Source of the DNA: a virus
Reading direction: 5' to 3' (one strand)
DNA length: 64,000 nt
Virus record (IMG/VR): IMGVR_UViG_3300030329_004457
Span: 28,325-92,324 of that record
A model generated the notes under the pieces. That model was not told the origin of the DNA, did no database searches, and saw only the letters and a program-made list of their open reading frames with translations. Positions 26,873 through 36,054 of this stretch are shown piece after piece. The first letter of the stretch is position 1, and each line of letters opens with the position of its first letter. The position numbers were made by a program, and so were the translations under genes.

Positions 26873-27593
26873 GGTTCCTCTTTCGTGTTTGTTGTTTCTC
26901 ATGCCCTCATTATAACTATATATCGGCAGAAGTCAACCCCCTAGATCAATAATTCTGAGAAATTTCCCAAGATTGTTCTAAGTCGTTGGTATATAAGGGT
27001 TTACGTCGAGCGCGGCCCGCCCCCAGCGATGTAAGTCGTTACACACCAAGGGTTTAGGTCATTCTGTTATAACCAACCATAATGCCTTACCCCCTATCAA
27101 TAATCCTACAGTCCATAGAATGATATCTATCCATAATATCATATTACTGCCCTCATATATACGAGTCGATGGCCGCTATTGAGAAGTTTTTCTTTAACTT
27201 TTTCCGCTTGTTCCCTAGTGCTAAACAAAAAGTTTTTGCGTTTACCTTTCCGTGTTTCAACGCATAGCTCTACCATGTTAGAGGCTCAACGCCTTCTCCA
27301 CGTCTTGCTGTGTTAGTTTGATAGTTTTTCCCGCACTATCTTGAAACAGACAAACCACACCGCCGCTCTTGGTGTTTTCAATCTTAGTAAAAGTCAACTC
27401 TGCACCATTAAATTCAATCTTGCTACCATAAGGGAAATTCATAATTTTCTCCTAGTATTCTCTAGTCCACTCTTTAGTGATTTCGTATTGGATATGCTCA
27501 TCAGGAAATTGGTGTTTTACAATTACTTTAGTTGTAGCAACACATCCTGACATTACACTACACATGAGCGCTATCCATAGCATTCTAACCATC

Positions 27594-27932
27594 TTAATCC
27601 TCTAAATCAATATTCATTGCCGATGCAAACGCCATATTAGCACGATATTGGGCGTCGGCATCAACGTGTGCGTTTGATCTATCAAGTTCGCCTGACAAAT
27701 CAATAAACTGACCTATTGCATCGTGCCTACTTAACTTATCGACTTGTTCTCGATAGTTCTTTATGTTTTCTTGGCGTTTTCTCTCATTTTCTTTTTTTAA
27801 TTCGATTCTTTTCTTTTCTTCGTCCGCAGCATTACAAAGCTCATCCCATTCCGTTAGGCTTTTACCTTCATATTCAATACAATCCATAAAGGCCGTTTGA
27901 AGGTTGTAATACAATTCTTTCATGTTGCTCAT
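27594..27932 (-). CDS. Hypothetical coiled-coil protein
   Basis: 112 aa with RBS. Confidence 0.65.
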   Translation of the reverse strand: MSNMKELYYNLQTAFMDCIEYEGKSLTEWDELCNAADEEKKRIELKKENERKRQENIKNYREQVDKLSRHDAIGQFIDLSGELDRSNAHVDADAQYRANMAFASAMNIDLED

Positions 27933-28507
27933 AATTTTCCTCTCGTGTTACTGGTTGTCTTTCCAAGTTCTTTTGAATTGTTCCCACGGTACTCGTGGTT
28001 CTGGCAACGCTTTCCACGCTGCCATTCTACGCTTAGCCCGTTCCTCCGTCTTGCGATGGTGTTGCGCTAGTGCTGATGTCCAGTTCTTTGGTTTGTTGTT
28101 TGTCATGATTGTCCTTTTATTGTACCATACTATTTAGAGTTGTCAACCCCCTAAATGTTATTTTTTTAAACTGTGTAAGGATACTCTTCACTACCATGAA
28201 TTTTACGACGAACGAAAATTTTAGTTTCGGCATATTTCAGCATTGCATTCCAACGAGCAGTACTAATTTCCGCAGGTCGTTTGGTTGTGAATCGAGTGTA
28301 CAGTAAAAATCTTTTGAGTGTCATTGTTTCTCTCCTTTTCATGCCCTTAGTATATTATATATATCGGCACTTGTCAACACCCATCATCACTAATTCTGAA
28401 AAGTTTTTAAAATAGCTGTAAGTTGTTGATATGAAAGGAGTTACGTCGCGCGGGGCGGGGCGCCGTTGTCGTAAGTCGTTACAGCGTAAGGGGTTAGGCT
28501 TATAGGC

Positions 28508-28613
28508 TACCCCGCTTCGGACTTGCACCGAGAATGCTTGCGGTGTCTACTTGTGGCTAGGTTACCACACCATATTCACCGACCTATCAAGCATCGCCTG
28601 CTATGACCGGGGC
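28508..28613 (-). ncRNA. tRNA-like structured RNA (acceptor and T arm, no D stem, branched insert instead of anticodon loop)
   Basis: GCCCCG/CGGGGT-A; ATGCTTG/CAAGCAT; CGGTG/CACCG; TGTGG/CCACA; TCGG-TGCAAGT-CCGA. Confidence 0.6.
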
Positions 28614-28899
28614 TCAATGTTTATACCCATTCAGTGACTCTAAATCCTAGCTTGCGAACAAGCGCCAGTTGGGCTTTATTTTCAATACTCGTCATATTGG
28701 CCATGATCCCAATCGTCACCGCCGTAGAGAGCTTGATATTCCGTGTACTCATCGGGTTGGCCGTCATCCTCAAAATCGACAAATTCCGCATTATCCACAA
28801 GATCAAAATTGTCAATACTCATGTTGTTTCCTTCGTGCCAAGCGTTGTTTGTTATGCTTTTATTATACCAGAGAATTCGAGTTTGTCAACCCCTGTTTT

Positions 28900-29106
28900 C
28901 TAAAATTCTACCAGTCGATTTGTCCAAACCGTTACGATTCCAGTACCGTATATTTCTTTACCACGGTGTCCAACAAATCGCACTTTACAGTGTCGAACGC
29001 CATACTCTTCCATACAAACAGCAAGTCTTTCAACGCCTCGATCATCCTTCCAGATGTGCTTGTATTTTCCGAGTGTAGCATTTGGCCAAAGTTTAGTAGT
29101 ACTCAT
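28900..29106 (-). CDS. Hypothetical protein
   Basis: Start after ACGAAAGGAAA. Confidence 0.6.
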   Translation of the reverse strand: MSTTKLWPNATLGKYKHIWKDDRGVERLAVCMEEYGVRHCKVRFVGHRGKEIYGTGIVTVWTNRLVEF

Positions 29107-29339
29107 TTCATTTCCTTTCGTAGTATTGTTTCTTATCATGCCCTTAGTATACAAGTAGTATCGTCATTTGTCAACCCCATACGCCACTTATTTTCAAAGT
29201 TTTTTAAAATAGTTGTAAGTCGTTACTACCAAAGGAGTTACGTCGCTCGGGGCGGGGCCGGATCGTCGTAAGTCGTTACCACGTAAGCACTTACCCCTAT
29301 ACCCTACTAGCCACAGAGGGCTATATAGGGTAATACGCC

Positions 29340-29657
29340 TTACATTGTCGGTAAGTAATATGGCCAGTTTGATATAAAGTTAAACCATATTCTGTGCAAG
29401 AGGGTAGGTTTCTTAGCCGCAAAGCAACGGTTTTCATAGTACGTTTGTATACTACTATCCGCATGTTTAACAGTGAACAGATTACCACTACGATGAAAGT
29501 TTTTATCAAACCAACGATATGAACTATAGCGTACAGGATACTTTGTTACGTTGCGAATACTTAATACCCTGCCTGTTCGGCGTTCAGTAGTATTCTGTAC
29601 GGGTTGCCGATATCTAAATGATACTATGTCGCCTGTTTTAAAGATAGCCTTACTCAT
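29340..29657 (-). CDS. Hypothetical basic protein (SH3/WYL-like start)
   Basis: KTGDIVSFRYRQP...RTGRV. Confidence 0.6.
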   Translation of the reverse strand: MSKAIFKTGDIVSFRYRQPVQNTTERRTGRVLSIRNVTKYPVRYSSYRWFDKNFHRSGNLFTVKHADSSIQTYYENRCFAAKKPTLLHRIWFNFISNWPYYLPTM

Positions 29658-29988
29658 TGTTTAATATCCTAAGAAGTCAAGAACCTCGGAACCGCGATAT
29701 TCTTCTTTATCGCCACATTCTAGTACAAACCTACGAAATGATGAGCTATGAGCTTCAATTTCATCTCGGGCTTCCTGTTGTGATACAATCGCCTCACATG
29801 CTTCATTATAGTCCATGTCTAATCCTCAACCGTGTAAAATGTAATGCGTTAGGATAGCTGATCCGTATAAGATAATAGCTGATGGTACAAAGCAGTATAG
29901 TACCGTTATCATCCACCACATTGCAATTTCTAAAAGTCTCATCTTATTTCCTTTCGTTTCCTTAATTATACCATACAATAAAGCAATG

Positions 29989-30258
29989 TCAACCCCCATT
30001 TGCAACAGTCCATCGCTTACCGTTCGCATCGTGTGATAATCGCATAGGCTCTCGCTTTGTAAAATGCAATCCACCCTGAATGAGCTGATGTACAGCACCG
30101 ATACCACCGGCAAACCTTTTACCGTTTTGCATAGTAAAAGACCAGCATACGCCGTCCTTCTTGATATCAGTACAACCAATTCCTTGTAGGTCTTCGATAG
30201 TCTGAGTTACAATAGTGCGAGCCTGTCGTACCTTCTTCATACCTTCAAGCGTTGTCAT
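29989..30258 (-). CDS. Hypothetical protein
   Basis: Start after ACGAAAGGAAA. Confidence 0.6.
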   Translation of the reverse strand: MTTLEGMKKVRQARTIVTQTIEDLQGIGCTDIKKDGVCWSFTMQNGKRFAGGIGAVHQLIQGGLHFTKREPMRLSHDANGKRWTVANGG

Positions 30259-30562
30259 GTCATTTCCTTTCGTGTTATCATTGTTGTTTGTCATGCTCTT
30301 AGTATATACTATATATCGTCATTTGTCAATAGCATAGGCCACGAATTCTTGTAATTATATCAAAATAATTAAAATAGTTATAAGTCGTTGCTACGTATAG
30401 AGTTACGAAGAGGGAGGGCAGGCCCGTTACTACAGTAGAAGTAGGTGGGGTTTTTCTAATCTGGATCGTTGTACGTCGGAGTGGTATAAAAAGCGCAGGT
30501 GGTACAGACAAACTGTAACCACCCACGTTAAATGTCCACTTTTATTATATTCCTAACATTCA

Positions 30563-31624
30563 TCAATATTGATGTAATATATTTCGTGCAATCACCGTGT
30601 CGGGAATTTGCGGCAGGAATTCGGCTGAGTCAATGATCACGCGCGTATCTGTATTATGATAGATAATAGGTTCGTTGCGCGGCTTATGTTTCAAAGAGTT
30701 AGGAAAGTGAAGATGGTTAAATTTTACCGTCAGTTTTCCTACGGTATTTCTACCGTCGAGTAGTAGCGGAAATTGCTGTTGTCGAGCGTCACATGTAATA
30801 TGTTCGATAACAACCGAACCATTTCCATTACCTTGTTGACCAGTGACTAAAATTCTATTAACATTCTCTGGGGCTAGAAGTGAACAGTGGAACTTTCCTC
30901 CTGCTGCTAAATTAATCATCGTGTCTGTGTCGTGGGCTGTATAGAAACCGAACGAGAAGTTTACACCCTGAGAATTATTGACCAACAGACCGTTCTGACA
31001 CCCATGCACCTCCAAGTGCTGTATAGCTATATCTGCACAATTACCATCTGTTAATGTTTTTCCACATTCAATACCATTTGTACAGTTATCAATTGTAAAA
31101 TATCCCATACGATAGTGACCGGTAGCGTTCCCCTTGTCATGTTCAAGCTTTAAACCAGCACTTGCCTTTCCGTTACCCCATAAAGAAATACCGTCGAGCG
31201 TTAATCCCTTACCCCTACAAAGCAAGATTGGCTGATCCACCGGCCCATCATACAAAATAGCGGTTCCAAGGAAATTAAATCGTTTACTTAGCCATGGACC
31301 ACCGCCGTCCAGAACTCCCTTCTTAGGCATTTGTGTTTCGCATCCAGCACCACGCACTTTTAATCCCATACCATCAGGTAGCTTGATAGTATCTGTAATT
31401 CGATATATGCCAGTGGTGAACTCAAGAGCACCGCCCTTACGACGTGTGTCATTACCACTAAAAGCATTAGGTTCCCATTGCTCACACATTTTTGCAATTC
31501 GCTGTCGAATTACTTCTGTTGCATCCTTTTTACCGTCACCGTAGGACGGGTCAATAACTTGTGCTTGTAACGCATTTCCTATCAACACCATACATACTAC
31601 AATCATAGATCTCATGTTGCACAC
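30563..31624 (-). CDS. Secreted pectate-lyase-like beta-helix protein
   Basis: Signal peptide; GDGKKDAT..I, G.L.F..GIYRITDTI.L...L.V.GAG. Confidence 0.7.
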   Translation of the reverse strand: MCNMRSMIVVCMVLIGNALQAQVIDPSYGDGKKDATEVIRQRIAKMCEQWEPNAFSGNDTRRKGGALEFTTGIYRITDTIKLPDGMGLKVRGAGCETQMPKKGVLDGGGPWLSKRFNFLGTAILYDGPVDQPILLCRGKGLTLDGISLWGNGKASAGLKLEHDKGNATGHYRMGYFTIDNCTNGIECGKTLTDGNCADIAIQHLEVHGCQNGLLVNNSQGVNFSFGFYTAHDTDTMINLAAGGKFHCSLLAPENVNRILVTGQQGNGNGSVVIEHITCDARQQQFPLLLDGRNTVGKLTVKFNHLHFPNSLKHKPRNEPIIYHNTDTRVIIDSAEFLPQIPDTVIARNILHQY

Positions 31625-31637
31625 TCCTTGATTCCAT

Positions 31638-31934
31638 TTACCAGCCTTTTTGGGGTTGTTCTAAATCTTTATCTTTACTATAATCTACCAGTAATTCCTC
31701 CCCTTCTTTAATTTCCCTTAAAGTTACTAAATATTTAAAATCTCCCAGAGTAAGAGATTGACAATTTGGCTTAGAGGAATGATTATATGAGCAATTCGGC
31801 ATAAGATTAACCCACTCTAAAGCACCGCTTGTCTTTTTGTGGGTTTCAAAAAGCACTTGATTTGCCCCTAGATCCTTGGATGCAAAGATACCCTGTCCAT
31901 GTACATTACTATTTTTAAGTTCGCAGTCACTCAT
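31638..31934 (-). CDS. SET-domain protein
   Basis: S.VHGQGIFA.KDL; YNHSSKPNC; REIKEGEELLVDY. Confidence 0.9.
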   Translation of the reverse strand: MSDCELKNSNVHGQGIFASKDLGANQVLFETHKKTSGALEWVNLMPNCSYNHSSKPNCQSLTLGDFKYLVTLREIKEGEELLVDYSKDKDLEQPQKGW

Positions 31935-32128
31935 AATTCTTTTAACTCACATCTACCTCGTCCACTTTTTTTAAAAATTCCCATCCTTTGTCGTAGTTTT
32001 CTTACGGCATCGATAGAAACACTACGTTGATTACGTTCACTTAACTCTATTGCTAAGTCTTTATCTTTAACATTCCAAGCATGGTCCTTAATAAATTGTT
32101 TATCTGCTTGAGTCCATTTAATATTCAT
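31931..32128 (-). CDS. Hypothetical HTH/SANT-like protein
   Basis: KWT..DK.FIK...KD..LA..L...S..AVRK.RQRMG. Confidence 0.6.
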   Translation of the reverse strand: MNIKWTQADKQFIKDHAWNVKDKDLAIELSERNQRSVSIDAVRKLRQRMGIFKKSGRGRCELKEL

Positions 32129-32343
32129 TGCTTTATTTTTTACCTATTAGTGTATTAATAAAGTGGCCATTTGCGTATATAATATTATAGTGATCTAATA
32201 CGACATGGAGACCAAAAGAATGAAAAAAATTATTGAGTCTATTGAACCTGTAGTAATTCCGGCTAGCGGTGTAGATGAGCAAGCAATAGCACAAGCCAAT
32301 TTATCTGAAGAAAAAAATATTCAAGAACTTTTAGGAGACCAAG

Positions 32344-32583
32344 ATGAAGGTAAAAATAATATCTGATGGGACTTCGGAAAATACTAAGATTGTCAATGCA
32401 GAAACTGAAGAAGAAATAGAAGATATAATTCATGTGGAAGTAAGTATAGACGCTTTTAATGTTGAGGCAGCTTTTTTGGTCAAAAATCCCAAATTAGAAA
32501 TGCAAAATGTATCTGCACAGGAGGTTTCTGTAGGTGACCATGCCATCCAATATGACGGAGGAACAAGTACTTCAGACAATTGA
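32344..32583 (+). CDS. Hypothetical protein
   Basis: 79 aa, AGGAG RBS. Confidence 0.65.
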   Translation: MKVKIISDGTSENTKIVNAETEEEIEDIIHVEVSIDAFNVEAAFLVKNPKLEMQNVSAQEVSVGDHAIQYDGGTSTSDN

Positions 32584-33148
32584 CAATATAGCAAATCGAC
32601 TATCATCTAAGTTCAAGTTTGGATATCACGAAATTGAAGACATGAAACAGCAAGCTCGTCTCTTTGCATGGGAAGGCCTTGCTCATTATGATGGTATTAG
32701 ACCGCTCGAAAATTTTCTGTGGACACATGTTCGAAACCGGCTGTATAATTTTAAACGCAATAATTTTGGAAGGCCAGACAAGCCTTGCGATAACTGTCCG
32801 TTTTTTGATAATAATTTTTTCAATTCTAAAGGATATGGATGTAAGGCTTATGACAATCATGAAGAGTGTGATTTGTATTTAGGCTGGATGAATAGAAATA
32901 CCGCTAAGCGTAACATTATGAATACGACTAAACTTGACCTCGATATTCAGGACCGCAATAGTGTTGAAAATACATTTGATCGAGAGCACATTTTTTCTAT
33001 TGTTGATTCTGCTATTCCTGTAACATACCGTGAAGACTGGATTAGATTAATTAATGGCTTGAAGCTACCTAAAGCTCGCAAAGAGGTCGTAGTAGAAATT
33101 GTTCTAAATATTTTAAAGGAACACAATTTTGACAAAGAAACGTGGTAA
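32534..33148 (+). CDS. Sigma-factor-like protein (region 2) with Cys4 insertion
   Basis: IANRL..KF.FGYH..EDMKQQA...AWEGL..YD..RPLENFL..HVRNRL.N; CDNC..C..C. Confidence 0.65.
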   Translation: MTMPSNMTEEQVLQTIDNIANRLSSKFKFGYHEIEDMKQQARLFAWEGLAHYDGIRPLENFLWTHVRNRLYNFKRNNFGRPDKPCDNCPFFDNNFFNSKGYGCKAYDNHEECDLYLGWMNRNTAKRNIMNTTKLDLDIQDRNSVENTFDREHIFSIVDSAIPVTYREDWIRLINGLKLPKARKEVVVEIVLNILKEHNFDKETW

Positions 33149-33926
33149 ACTTTCTGTAGACGAAATGAACTTCATTCGTCAAAACTGTTTCAATATTTCC
33201 ATACCAGAAATTGCTGAAACTTTAAATCGGACTGAAGCACCGATACAAAAGTTTATCGATAAAGAAAATCTGAAAATGAGGAATATGAGTGACGATGAAC
33301 ATCTTCTAGTAGGATTGCGAGACCGCTATTACTATAAGGAGTTGAAAAAGCAATTCGGAGATCCCGAACTTATTTTTTTTGAACATCAATGGGTCGATTA
33401 TTTCAAACAGTTTTCCGAGGACGTGACCCATACCGAAGAGATGGAAATTCTCGAAGTTATTAGAACTGAGGTACTTATTAATCGTGGTATGGAAGATCGT
33501 CAAGAAGTTTTAAGGAATATTACTAGATTAAATAAATTGATTGAAGACGAAATGGATAAGCCGCCTGCGGCACAGGATACACAGGCGATAGCGTCGTTTC
33601 AGGTGCAACTAGGTGCGGCAATTTCATCTAAATCTGCATACATCAATGAGCATGAAAAGTTACTGACAAAAAAAGAACGTTTATTAAAAGATCTTAAAGG
33701 AACGAGGGAACAACGTAAGCGCAATGCTGACGACGCCAAAACTAATTTTACTTCATGGTTACGACAGTTATCTGACAAGGAGGTTAGAAAGAAGGAGGGC
33801 TTTGATATGGAAGTGCATAGGGTTGCCGCTGAGAAGGCCGTAGAACGTCTCTCTGGCTACCATGAGTATGAGGATGGTATCGTAGACCAACCAATTTTAA
33901 ATGCGGATACTTTAATCGAGGAATAG
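33129..33926 (+). CDS. Hypothetical helical protein, possible terminase small subunit
   Basis: N-terminal HTH-like segment, coiled coils, upstream of TerL; function inferred from position only. Confidence 0.45.
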   Translation: MTKKRGKLSVDEMNFIRQNCFNISIPEIAETLNRTEAPIQKFIDKENLKMRNMSDDEHLLVGLRDRYYYKELKKQFGDPELIFFEHQWVDYFKQFSEDVTHTEEMEILEVIRTEVLINRGMEDRQEVLRNITRLNKLIEDEMDKPPAAQDTQAIASFQVQLGAAISSKSAYINEHEKLLTKKERLLKDLKGTREQRKRNADDAKTNFTSWLRQLSDKEVRKKEGFDMEVHRVAAEKAVERLSGYHEYEDGIVDQPILNADTLIEE

Positions 33927-33931
33927 GACTT

Positions 33932-34261
33932 ATGAAACCTAAAACACAGGAAGAAGTACAGGCATGGATCGTGGACTGGTTAAAAAGTAATGCTGATATT
34001 TCAACAGACTCTATTGAGTTAGACAAACCATTTGCTGATTATCATTTAGATTCTGTAACTTCTGTAGAATTAAGTTATGATCTTGAAGAATGGAGCGGTA
34101 AAGAGCTTTCAGTAACTACAGTATGGAATTATCCTACTATTAATAAGATGGCAGAGTATCTATCTGATAAGCCCAGTATAGAAAGGGTTGATGAGGATTT
34201 ATTAACGAGAATTGAAAATTTAACTGACGAAGAAGCGGCGGAATATATGAGAGGTTTATAA
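33932..34261 (+). CDS. Acyl carrier protein (PKS-type phosphopantetheine domain)
   Basis: DKPFADYHLDSVTSVEL...LEEW.G.EL..T.VWNYPTI..MA.YL. Confidence 0.9.
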   Translation: MKPKTQEEVQAWIVDWLKSNADISTDSIELDKPFADYHLDSVTSVELSYDLEEWSGKELSVTTVWNYPTINKMAEYLSDKPSIERVDEDLLTRIENLTDEEAAEYMRGL

Positions 34262-35344
34262 ATGAAATCTGCATTGATTACTGGTATTACCGGACAGGAT
34301 GGTTCTTATTTAGCCGAATTATTATTAGATAAAGGATATGAGGTTGTAGGGCTTAAGCGTCGTACAAGTACGAATACTTTGGATAGATTGTCTAAATCTC
34401 TTAATCATCAAAACTTTTCTATTATTGAAGGCGAAATAGCGGATTCTGGCTGTGTATATGAATTGGTCAATAAGTATCAGCCGGATGAGATTTATAATTT
34501 GGCAGCACAATCACACGTTGCTACTTCTTTTGAACAGCCAGATTTTACATTTCAAGTGAATGCGATGGGGCCGTTGCATTTATTAGAGGCTATTCGGCGT
34601 TTTTCACCCGATAGTAAATTTTATCAAGCTTCTACTAGCGAAATGTTTGGATCACAATATGACCAGTGCGATACAGGGGAATATTATCAAAATGAATTAA
34701 CACGCTTAGAGCCTCAATCTCCTTACGCTGTAGCTAAAACATCGGCTCATCACACAGTGCGTATATATAGAGATGCATATAAGATCTTTGGATGTTGTGG
34801 TATTTTGTTTAATCACGAAAGTGAGCGGCGGGGAGAAAACTTTGTTACTCGTAAAATTACAAAATGGATAGGTGAATTTTTAGTATGGATTAATAGACAT
34901 GGAGTTTATTATTCAGATTTAGTTTTTGATAAAGATGAAATATATATTCCCGGACGTGTGTCTAGAGATCAGGGGTTTCAATTTCCTAAATTAAGATTAG
35001 GTAATTTAGAAGCTCGTCGAGATTGGGGTCATGCTAAAGATTATGTAGAGGCTATGTATCTAATGTTACAACAAGATATTCCCGACGACTATGTTGTTGC
35101 AACTGGTAAGACGTATTCTATCAACCAGTTTTTAGATGAAGCTTTTTCTTTAATTGATCTTTGGGATTGGAACGATTTTGTTGTGATAGATCCTAAATTT
35201 TATAGACCTGCGGAAGTGGAATATTTACAGGGATGTCCTAAGAAGGCAATGCAACAATTAAAATGGAAGCCTAAAATTCAATTTAAACAACTCGTACAAC
35301 TTATGGTGGATTACGATATCAATGCAACGCAGAAATTGGCATGA
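34262..35344 (+). CDS. gmd: GDP-mannose 4,6-dehydratase
   Basis: ALITGITGQDGSYLAE, YNLAAQSHV, YQASTSE, SPYAVAK, LFNHES.RRG.NFVTRKIT, RDWGHA.DYV. Confidence 0.96.
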   Translation: MKSALITGITGQDGSYLAELLLDKGYEVVGLKRRTSTNTLDRLSKSLNHQNFSIIEGEIADSGCVYELVNKYQPDEIYNLAAQSHVATSFEQPDFTFQVNAMGPLHLLEAIRRFSPDSKFYQASTSEMFGSQYDQCDTGEYYQNELTRLEPQSPYAVAKTSAHHTVRIYRDAYKIFGCCGILFNHESERRGENFVTRKITKWIGEFLVWINRHGVYYSDLVFDKDEIYIPGRVSRDQGFQFPKLRLGNLEARRDWGHAKDYVEAMYLMLQQDIPDDYVVATGKTYSINQFLDEAFSLIDLWDWNDFVVIDPKFYRPAEVEYLQGCPKKAMQQLKWKPKIQFKQLVQLMVDYDINATQKLA

Positions 35345-35597
35345 TCCCGCTTATGCTCAATGGCGTAAAGATATTCGTAAGCGAGATAAGAATAAGTGTA
35401 GATGGCCCGGATGCAATTCTAGAAAAAGACTAGAGGTGCATCATATTAAAAAATGGGGAAGTCATCCAGCTCTTCACTATTCTATTAATAATGGTATTAC
35501 GTTGTGTAAGTCCTGTCATCAAAAAATTAAAGGCCAAGAAGAAAATTATGAATTATTTTTTTTAAAGCTATTAGAGTGGGGCGCACGAAATGGGTAG
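35322..35597 (+). CDS. HNH endonuclease
   Basis: RDK.KC.WPGC...LEVHHI...NGITLCKSCH. Confidence 0.9.
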   Translation: MQRRNWHDPAYAQWRKDIRKRDKNKCRWPGCNSRKRLEVHHIKKWGSHPALHYSINNGITLCKSCHQKIKGQEENYELFFLKLLEWGARNG

Positions 35598-36054
35598 ATT
35601 TACAGTCATACGTGACACTAGAGAAAAGGAAGGACATGGGTGGTGGTTTGATGAAGATGCATATTGTATAGGAACAGAATCGACTAAGCTAGATGTTGGT
35701 GATTATAGCATAAAAGACAAAGAGCATGTATTGTGTATAGAAAGAAAGGAGTCGGCTTCCGAGTTAGCTGGAAATTGTGGAGAGAAACGATTTTTGAAAG
35801 AATTAAAGGCGATGGGGTCTTTTCCTCATGCCTTTTTGCTTTTAGAATTTTCATGGGACGACTTAGAAAGATATCCAGTAGGAAGCGGTATTCCCAACAG
35901 TAAATGGAAAGACTTGCGTATTAAATACAAATACATTATGCGTGTGTTAACCAGTGCGCAAATTGAGCATGGCATTCATGTGATAGCTTGTGGTAGCAAA
36001 AAACGAGCTGAAGAAATAGCTTTTAGAATTATGAGACATATTAATGACCTATAA
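35590..36054 (+). CDS. ERCC4/XPF-family nuclease
   Basis: DTREK, LDVGDYS, IERKES..EL. Confidence 0.85.
   Translation: MGRFTVIRDTREKEGHGWWFDEDAYCIGTESTKLDVGDYSIKDKEHVLCIERKESASELAGNCGEKRFLKELKAMGSFPHAFLLLEFSWDDLERYPVGSGIPNSKWKDLRIKYKYIMRVLTSAQIEHGIHVIACGSKKRAEEIAFRIMRHINDL

Noticed and set aside
28634-29271. Plus-strand ORFs up to 200 aa in the early region
   Set aside because: They run antisense across promoters, leaders and palindromes that all point leftward, and they lack RBSs.
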